NCBI GenBank assembly: GCA_964016885.1
Contig: OZ024742.1
Location: 315,580,001 to 315,644,000, forward strand
DNA length: 64,000 nucleotides
DNA from: Eledone cirrhosa
Taxonomy: Eukaryota
Direction: 5' to 3'
Shown here: in pieces, positions 53,784-64,000 of the stretch
Layout of the letters: each line of letters starts with the position of its first letter
Numbering within the stretch: the stretch's first letter is position 1
Position numbers and translations under genes: made by a program
The notes under the pieces: generated by a model
What the model saw: only the letters and a program-made list of their open reading frames with translations
What the model was told of the DNA's origin: nothing
The model's database searches: none

Positions 53784-54501
53784 ATTATTTCTCACTTCTC
53801 CATATACATTATCATTACTTTTTCACCAATCTCTCATTTACTCTTTATTCTTTATTCTCTATTTATTTATTTATTTTCAAATTACACAAATTATATTAAT
53901 TATTTTATTTTATTATATTATTTATTTATCTTCTGTTTTCTTCATTTATTGCCTTATATTTCTTCATATACATGAAATAACCCCCCCCCCCCCGCCACCA
54001 CCACTACGATGGTGGCGGGTGGGATGAAGAGAAAACACAAACTGAATACTTCTAAACTGTTAGCAGCAGCAAGATATAAGCTGACCACTACAACAACAAC
54101 AGTACCAAAATAATGGTCGAGGTCAAATGTACTGAACAATAGCAGGCATAAACACTACAGGGAGCCTCACCCCAGAAAGAATTCTATAGACTTCTGAAGG
54201 AGGAATGCTCTCAGAACTGAACAATGGGAAGTTTGACACATTTTTTGATATTTTGTTCCTTCAACACCTTGTCCCTTCTACCATTTTATCAATTTTTAAG
54301 CTAACTCCAACAATGACAACACTAATAACTGACCAATGAGAGGAGAAGGGGACCTGTGACACTAAAATTCGTTTGTTTGAATTCATATGACTCCAGTTCC
54401 CCAGTGAATTAACAACCCAACAAGGAACTGGGCATATCAGAGTATTGACAATATCATACACCTAAACAACATATGTACTTGTCTATACCATACTAATTCA
54501 A

Positions 54502-54556
54502 ACTGCCTGAAGAGGTCACAGCCAAAGATGGCTGTCACTGAAATATATATAGCAGT
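54502..54556 (+). ncRNA. Type I hammerhead ribozyme, right copy
   Basis: Stem I ACTGC/GCAGT, core CTGAAGA (54507-54513), stem II GGTCACAGCC/GGCTGTCACT, GAAA (54540-54543), short palindromic stem III ATATATAT, AUA triplet with predicted cleavage after 54551; AATAAA follows at 54557. Confidence 0.87.
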
Positions 54557-54702
54557 AATAAACGAAGCTAAATTTTAATCATTTGACTTTTATTTAACTT
54601 TATTTTACACTACTCCGGAGTAACCAAACCAACCTGCGCACTTCGTCGAGTGCTCCAGCCTGCATACTGAGGTGTTGGTATACAACCAACATAAACTCAA
54701 AA

Positions 54703-54992
54703 TCTATATATGTATCTATATATATGTATCTATATATATATATGTATCTATATATATATATATATGTATCTATATATATATATATATGTATCTATATATA
54801 TGTATCTATATATATATATATATGTATCTATATATATATATATATGTATCTATATATATATATATGTATCTATATATATATATATATGTATCTATATATA
54901 TGTATATGTATCTATATATATATATATGTATCTATATATATATATATGTATCTATATATATATATATGTATCTATATATATATATGTATCTC

Positions 54993-55033
<41 letters not shown>

Positions 55034-55116
55034 GTATCTCTATATATATGTATATATATATATATATATGTATCTCTATATATACGTATATATATATATA
55101 TATATATATGTATCTC

Positions 55117-55157
<41 letters not shown>

Positions 55158-55164
55158 GTATCTC

Positions 55165-55215
<51 letters not shown>

Positions 55216-55220
55216 GTATC

Positions 55221-55254
<34 letters not shown>

Positions 55255-55403
55255 TATGTATCTATATATATATATATATATGTATCTATATATACGTATA
55301 TATGTATCTATATATACATATGTATCTGTATATACGTATATATGTATCTATATATACGTATATATGTATCTATATATATATATATATGTATCTATATGTA
55401 TAT
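54703..55403. repeat. (TA)nTGTATC microsatellite array
   Basis: Directly visible. Confidence 0.95.
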
Positions 55404-56399
55404 GATGGACTCCCCTGTAGTGTATCAATATATGAGGGTTCAACAGTTTCTCAGTTCAATTTTTTAGGTTTATGCCTTGAATGGCACTTCAGTCCAGCTG
55501 CTGATCTACACATCAAGCTGTCTTTGGTGCAGATGACATGATCCTGAGCATAGTATAATGGCATATTTGATCAAATCTTGCTGTTAGATCTTAAATCATG
55601 AAAATGGACCAGGTGAGATTTTTTTTATTGTTCTTTATACTTTTATGGCAGACAGCTTTCAATTTTCCAATAAGAAAATCTATGAAGCATCATGCTACAC
55701 CCCCTCCCCCTCACAGCACAAACACGAAACCTCAAAATGTGCTGTTATTCACTACACCAGAGGGTCTGCACATACAGTGACTGCATCTTCCAGCATCTAC
55801 CTGGGACAAGACACATAATTTATATAAACAGTATCAGCGAAAATCAAAGCACACATCCCACAGTAGCATCAACACCAAATACTAAATCAAATGCGGAATC
55901 TGAAAATCTTCCACTGTTCCCATCATGAGAGATTATGTCTGCAGCATGACTGACCCTTCACTTATCTTCCAGGGACTCGACACACTAACAGAAATGGAGC
56001 TCTATGCCAACATCTAACCCACAGTAAAATCACTCCCTGGGGCTGTAATGCTGGTGGTCCACACTTTTCATGAAGGTACAAAAATACAACCAAAAGTGGC
56101 AACTATAACCTTATCCAACAGTGCAACCACAGCTCCAGTCAGAAACTGCTCCCTAAACAAGGGAACTCTTTTTTAGTCATGATGAACCTGGCAAAAGAGA
56201 TACAAAAAAACCTAACTAGCGCACAATGTCAACCTCTGCTATTACCCCAGTGCACCATCTCCCCCCCATTGCTGTCACTAGTAAGCAAACACAAAACAAG
56301 CCCTCTGAAACAGTCAACGTCAGTCACTACTCTATCCTCAACATTTCTACTCAATGTACAAGATGGAAGATGCAATTCATTGAGGATTGGGTTGACAAC

Positions 56400-59020
56400 C
56401 ATCCACACCACATCCCTTTTTCCCCCTAACTGAGACTCATCTCGAAAACTCCCAACTGGAAGTCAAAGTGGAAGTGAAGAATTTCACAAACATCTGCGTG
56501 AATTGTGTAGGCTGAAGGAAGGGAGGAACTGCATGATTCCTGTATGACAGATGTAAATATATTCTCCAACAGTTACTGTGAATCAGTCACTGAGCACAAC
56601 AAAGCCAATGGGTTGACAGTAGTTGGGCTCTATAGGCCACTCTAAACACCCATACTGTGATTCAAAGAATGCTTCAGCAGCATTGTGTTTTATACAACAG
56701 TGCCATTCTGGTAACATACTTATGATGGGAGACTTCAATCTACTCTGTGTTGATTGATCTACAAACCGTTTGAAACCAGGTACTTCCACCTCAATCACTG
56801 ACAAAGCAGCAGTAGCGTTGTTCTTGACTTTGTGTGAGTTTTCCTGCACCAACAAGATATCAGAAAAACATGTTGGACCTATTGTTTAGTAACCACACTA
56901 ACACTATTCACAATATTACAGTGGAAAAAAACTCTTCTCTCAGACCACTACATGATTCTCTGTAACCTGAGATTCCACCAGCCGAAAGCTGAACCTAATA
57001 ACCTCTATCCAGCCCACCCATTTGATGACACGGATCTTCATAATGCAAACTAGGATGCAATCAATAACGATCTATCACATCTTGACTTGTCTTTCATACA
57101 CACACACATCTCTCCCAATATCAAAACATCCTGGCAGATATTTTGTGACACTGTTACAAACATATGTGCAAAACATACTCCATCAAGATCTATGAACAAA
57201 ACTAAGTGCAGAATCCCCCAAAACAGAAAAACTATTATCAGAAGAAATTTTAAGAACAAAGAAAATTACTACCAACAGCAATACACACATTCAACTTCTG
57301 TTGCACTGTTCGAATAAAAAAAACTATAATCTTCAACAATGCATAATGACCATCATCAATAACCAAAGAACAGCTGAAGAGGAATGGGCCATTAAGAAAA
57401 TCAAATTCAATCCCGAAGTGTTCTTTTCATTTGCGAAAAACACAAGGTCACTGTCTCTGCTGTTGGCCCTTTGATTGATAAAAATGGCACTCTCCAAGAC
57501 AATACTAAGACTATGGGTGAGATACTGCAGAAACAATACTGCTGTTTTCAGCAATCCTGATATGGCTGATCTGGGCTGTATCAGTGATGCTAATCCCCAA
57601 CATTTTATATCAAACATAACGTTTGGTGCCCCTGATGTAATAGCGGCAATAAACAGAACTAAACACAACTCAGCAGTAGGCCTCCATAGGTTCCCTGTTA
57701 GTATCCTAAATGTGTGTCAATACTAACTTGCAATTTCTTCTAACTAATCTAGAGGAACTCACTGGACGCTGGCTATATACCTGAAAACTTTGTCCCAGTT
57801 TTCAAAAAGGGAAACGAGTCCCTTGCAGTGAATTACCATCAAGATATTTGAGAGGGTGGTGAGATCATGTATAACTCACTTTCTTGCAACAATCTGCTGA
57901 TCTCCAACTAACATGGGTTCTGTTAAGGAAAGGACTGCCTAATGCAGCTCCTGCATCACTTCGATGACATTTTAAGAGCTTTGGCAAAGGGCTCCAATAC
58001 TGATGTCATATACCTTGATATCAGTAAGGCTTTTGACAGGGTTGATCACAACATTCTACCGAAAAAACTATCCAACATTGGTGTCTAGAAAGTTACTGCA
58101 ATGACTCAAGTGTTTCCTGACAAACAGATCCCGACATGCTGTAGTTGAAGGAGTACAATCAAGCCGAACCAAATTTAGTGGCATCCCACAAGGCACTGTG
58201 TTGGGCCCACTTCTTTTCATTATCTATATCAATAACATTATTGATATCATCAAACACAACAACATAAGAATCTTTGCAAATGATTCCAAGTTCCAGAAGG
58301 TCATCAATGGAGTGAGAGGCTGCACATGCCTTCAATCAGATCTACTCAATGTTATACAATGGGTGAAAAAAAAACAACAATATGCTACTGAACGAGGATA
58401 AATTCTAACTAATCCACTTTGGAAAAGAGGATGCACTGAAACTATCATATTCTCTTCCCTCTCGTAAAAACCTCATGGCATCCAACAACATCAGAGACCT
58501 GGGAGTAATTGTTGATAACAACATAAGCTGTGCTACTCATATAAACAAAATTGACATGGTTCACAGGATGTGTTCCTGGATTCTCATAACATTCCAGTCA
58601 AGAGTTATCCACACCATTATTCTTCTCTTCTCTACTTTTGCCCAGCCCTGTCTACTGTGGTTTCCACACATGAAACAAAGAATTATAAAAATTGAAGCAC
58701 CACAAAGGTCAATCACAAAAATGATAGACATCATGACAGGCCTTGCTTATTTAATCGACTAGAAAAGCTCAAACTCTGCTCTCTCCAACACTGCCATGAG
58801 CATTACATTATTTGCATGATGTGGAAAATATTCCAACAGCATTGCCCAAATGATGTTGGCATCATCTTTAAAATACACTTAAGGCCTTGTGCTATCATCA
58901 ACCCACAACAAAAGTCAAACTGACATCTCATAATATTACAGCACAATTATTTCACCTCAATTGGTCCTGCTCGCTTTAACATTACACAAAAACACACAGA
59001 AACAGATTCCATAAAGTTTA
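56400..59020 (+). mobile_element. Old CR1-clade LINE (APE plus RT pseudogene); may extend 5' to about 55405
   Basis: Fragmented motifs LTETHL, MGDFNL, SDHYMI, PVFKKG, IYLDISKAFDRVDH, GIPQGTVLGPLLFIIYIN, FANDSK, IRDLGVIVD, IEAPQR. Confidence 0.88.
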
Positions 59021-59063
59021 TACATATATATACATACATATTTATATATATATTTACATATAT

Positions 59064-60590
59064 ATCATCATCATCGTCGTTTAACGTCTATCTTCCACGC
59101 TAGCATGGGTTTAGACAGGAATTGTCCCACTTGAGGCAAGATTGGTTGTCTCGCTTGTATCGGACTGTCTGGCAGGTTTTCTATGGCTGGATGCCCTTCC
59201 TAACACCAACCACGTTTACAGTGTGGACTGGGAGGTTTTTACCGTGTTACCTACACGTCCACATTACAGCATGGACTGTGTTTTTTTGTCGTGACACCTA
59301 CACGATCTCATTTATTTAGGACTGGATGTTGTGGTACCAACATAACTTTACAGAGAAAGAGGTGGGGGAGTTGGGGTAGTGCCTAGTGACTGTAGGTTTT
59401 GCTTTGTACTTAGACAAGGCGGGTTTTCTGTATTACTGCATGGCGCCAAAGATCTCGGTTCAGTGACATTGTCTTAGAGAAGTGTAAGTGTGTCAGGTCG
59501 GAATTTATCAAATCGTCCCAGGTTTTTCAGGGTCTGCCTACTCCGTCACATCCGTCAATTTTGATCGCCCTGCACTTTTTTATACAGCTGTTGTCTTACA
59601 TGCGCATCACGTGACCATACCAACATAGTCTTCTCTCGAGTAAACAGCATCTGATCGCTCTCATACCTAATTTCTCACTTAGTTCATTTATACTTTGTTA
59701 TTCACGTATATTACTATTGCACATACAGCGGAGCATGCAAGCTTCGTTCCTCTCCAGTCTGCGCAGATCCTCTGCACACAAAGCCCATGTCTCACTGCCA
59801 TGTAACATAACTGTTCATATGCAGGCATCATACAGCCTGCCTTTCATTTTTAGAGAGAAACTTTAGCGGCCAATAGTGGTATAAGCTCTTTGAACTTTTA
59901 CCATCCCATTCTGACTCTGGCTACTGTACTTTCTGAGCACCCTCCACCATTGCTGATTTTGTCACCCAGGTAACGGAAGGAGTCCACTATTTCTATAGAG
60001 CAATCTGGGCAATAGAAGGAGCTAGTATCCTGTGGGCGCTTGCTACTTATTGCACCTGAGCACCGACCACATATAAAATCTACGTTCTTAGATAGCTTAC
60101 CTGTGATCCCACTATATCTTTTATGCACCCATACTTTGCATTTGGGACATAAAATGGAATTTCTGCCTACTCCTTTCCTACACACTGAGCATGGCCATTT
60201 CCCAGAGGTGACTTGTGCCCTATATTCCTTCCTACATACTAGAACTTTAGTCTTAGACAAGTTAACTTTAAGGCCTTTTGATTCTAGGCTATGCTTCCAT
60301 GCTTGGAATTTCTTCTCTAGTTCAGCCATCGATTCAGCTATGAGCATTAGATCATCTGCATATGGAAGTTCTCATGGGCAGCTGGTCTTGAACTCCTCTG
60401 TTATGGCCTGAAGGGCAATAATAAATAGGAGGGGGCTAAGGACAGAGCCCTGATGGACACCAACTTTTATGCTAAATTCTTCACTATATTCGTTGTTAAT
60501 TCTAACCTTATGGACTGTTTCTTTATACATGGCTTGTATAGCTCTCACAAACCATCTTCAACCCCGAGTTTTCTAAGGGCCCACCAGATA
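59064..60590 (-). mobile_element. RTE LINE, older family B-related copy, 5'-truncated
   Basis: ORF 59898-60347 carries the PHD-type motif and FRYLG; (CAT)n tail at 59064. Confidence 0.93.
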
Positions 60591-60599
60591 TACATATAA

Positions 60600-60636
<37 letters not shown>

Positions 60637-60647
60637 TATATATTTAA

Positions 60648-60681
<34 letters not shown>

Positions 60682-60772
60682 GTATATGTATATATATATG
60701 TATATATATATATATATGTATATGTATATATATATGTATATATATATATATATGTATATGTATATATATATG

Positions 60773-62216
<1,444 letters not shown>

Positions 62217-62231
62217 ATATACATATATATT

Positions 62232-62403
<172 letters not shown>

Positions 62404-62432
62404 CATATATATATATACATATATATATACAC

Positions 62433-62533
<101 letters not shown>

Positions 62534-62576
62534 CATATATATTTAAATATATATACATATATATTTAAATATATAT

Positions 62577-62671
62577 ATAGGAACGAGTAGGACCCCGACG
62601 GCTAATTCTTAGTCCAGAATTAGCCGTCGAAACGGCTTGAGCTCAGCCGTCGGGGTCCTACTCGTTCCTAT
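62577..62671 (+). repeat. GC-rich branched palindrome containing the 3' part of a hammerhead fold
   Basis: Perfect 27-bp outer inverted repeat; inner stem GACGGCTAATTCT/AGAATTAGCCGTC, GAAA, stem ACGGCT/AGCCGT, GUC triplet; CUGANGA absent. Confidence 0.75.
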
Positions 62672-62770
62672 TACCCTCTCTACTACCCTCAGTATTGAGT
62701 ACTTTGGTGTGTTATGGTCCATCTGGTTCCTTACCACATTCCTTCGTTATATATATATATATATATATAT

Positions 62771-64000
62771 ATCATCATCATCATCATCAACGTTTAACGT
62801 CCGTGTTCCACGCTTGCATAGGACTGTCTGGCAGGTTTTCTACAGTTGGATGCCCTTCCTAACACCAACCACATTTACAGTGTGGGTCTGGGAGGTTTTT
62901 ACCGTGTTGCCTACACGGCCACATTACAGCGTGGACTGTGTGTTTTTTTGTCGTGACACCTACACGATCTCATTTGTTTCGGCCTGGATGGTGTGGTACC
63001 AACATAACTTTACATAGAACGGGGTGGTGTGGATGGGGTGGGGGTGGTGGTGGTGGGACGGGGGGTATTTTGTTAGAGATGCCTACTGGCTGTAGTACGT
63101 TTTACTATGTATTTAGGTAAGGCGGGTCTTCTCTGTTACTGAGTACCGCCAAAGGTCTCGGTCCAGTGACATTGTCTTGGAGAGGTGTAAGTGTGTGAGG
63201 TCGGAGTTTATCAGCTCGTCCCAGGTTTTTCTAGGTCTGCCTATTCCGTGGCTACCGTCTATCTTTATTGCCCTGCACTTTGTTACACAGCTATCGACTT
63301 TCATGCGCATCACGTGTCCATACCAACGTAGCCTTCTCTCGAGTAAACAACATCTGATCCCTCTTATTTCTAATTTTTTCCTTAGTTCGTTTATGCTTTG
63401 CCGTTCACGTATATTACTGTTACACATCCAGCGGAGCATGCAAGCTTCGTTCCTCTCTAGTCTGCGTATATCCTCTGCACACAATGCCCAGGTCTCACTG
63501 CCATGCAACATTGCTGTTCGTATGCAGGCATCGTACAACCTACCTTTCATTTTTAGGGAGAACCCTTTAGCAGCTAATAGTGGTATAAGCTCTCTGAACT
63601 TTTTCCAACCAGTTCTGACTCTAACTACTGTACTTTCAGAGCACCCTCCCCCACTGCTGATTTTATCACCCAGGTAACGGAAGCTGTCCACTATTTCTAT
63701 AGAACCCTCTGCGCAATTGAAAGAGCTAGTATTTTGTGGGCACTTGCTGCTACTTATTGCACCAGAGCACCGGCCACATGTAAAATCTATGTTCTTAGTT
63801 AGCTTACCTGTGATCCCACTACATCTTTTATGCACCCATACTTTGCATTTAGGACATAAAATGGAGTTTCTACCTACGCCTTTCCTACACACCGAGCACG
63901 ACCATTTCCCAGAAGGGACCGCCGCCTTATTTTCTTTCCTACAAACTAGAACTTTAGTCTTAGCCAGGTTAATTTTAAGTCCTTTTGATTCTAGGCCGTG
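62771..64000 (-). mobile_element. RTE LINE family B copy, continues beyond the window
   Basis: ORF 63113-63892 is nearly identical to the C-terminus of 45711-47372; tail CATCAACGTTTAACGTCC. Confidence 0.95.

Larger units (their letters stand above)
52623..54607 (+). mobile_element. Inverted partial copy of the Penelope-like element (GIY-YIG plus 3' region)
   Basis: Reverse complement of 48951-50728 apart from a 207-bp SINE plus TSD insertion; ORF 52601-53101 gives the same endonuclease peptide. Confidence 0.95.

Overview
Eukaryotic, AT-rich, repeat-dominated DNA. The repeat content (tRNA-derived SINEs, RTE LINEs with (GAT)n tails, huge (TA)n arrays) suggests an octopus or other coleoid cephalopod; this is inference. 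No host protein-coding gene can be established, only weak exon and promoter candidates. 0.5-6.3 kb holds a decayed full-length Helitron with an apparent spliceosomal intron in its Rep gene. 6-33 kb is a mosaic of SINEs, MITEs and old LINE fragments. 33-64 kb is a set of (TA)n-derived arrays, with one 200-N gap, packed with RTE LINEs carrying a PHD finger inside the RT, CR1 LINEs, and a Penelope-like retroelement arranged as a 5.7-kb inverted structure with a hammerhead ribozyme at each outer end. Two more hammerhead-derived hairpins lie at about 24.5 kb and 62.6 kb. Most long ORFs in the supplied track are microsatellite artefacts.
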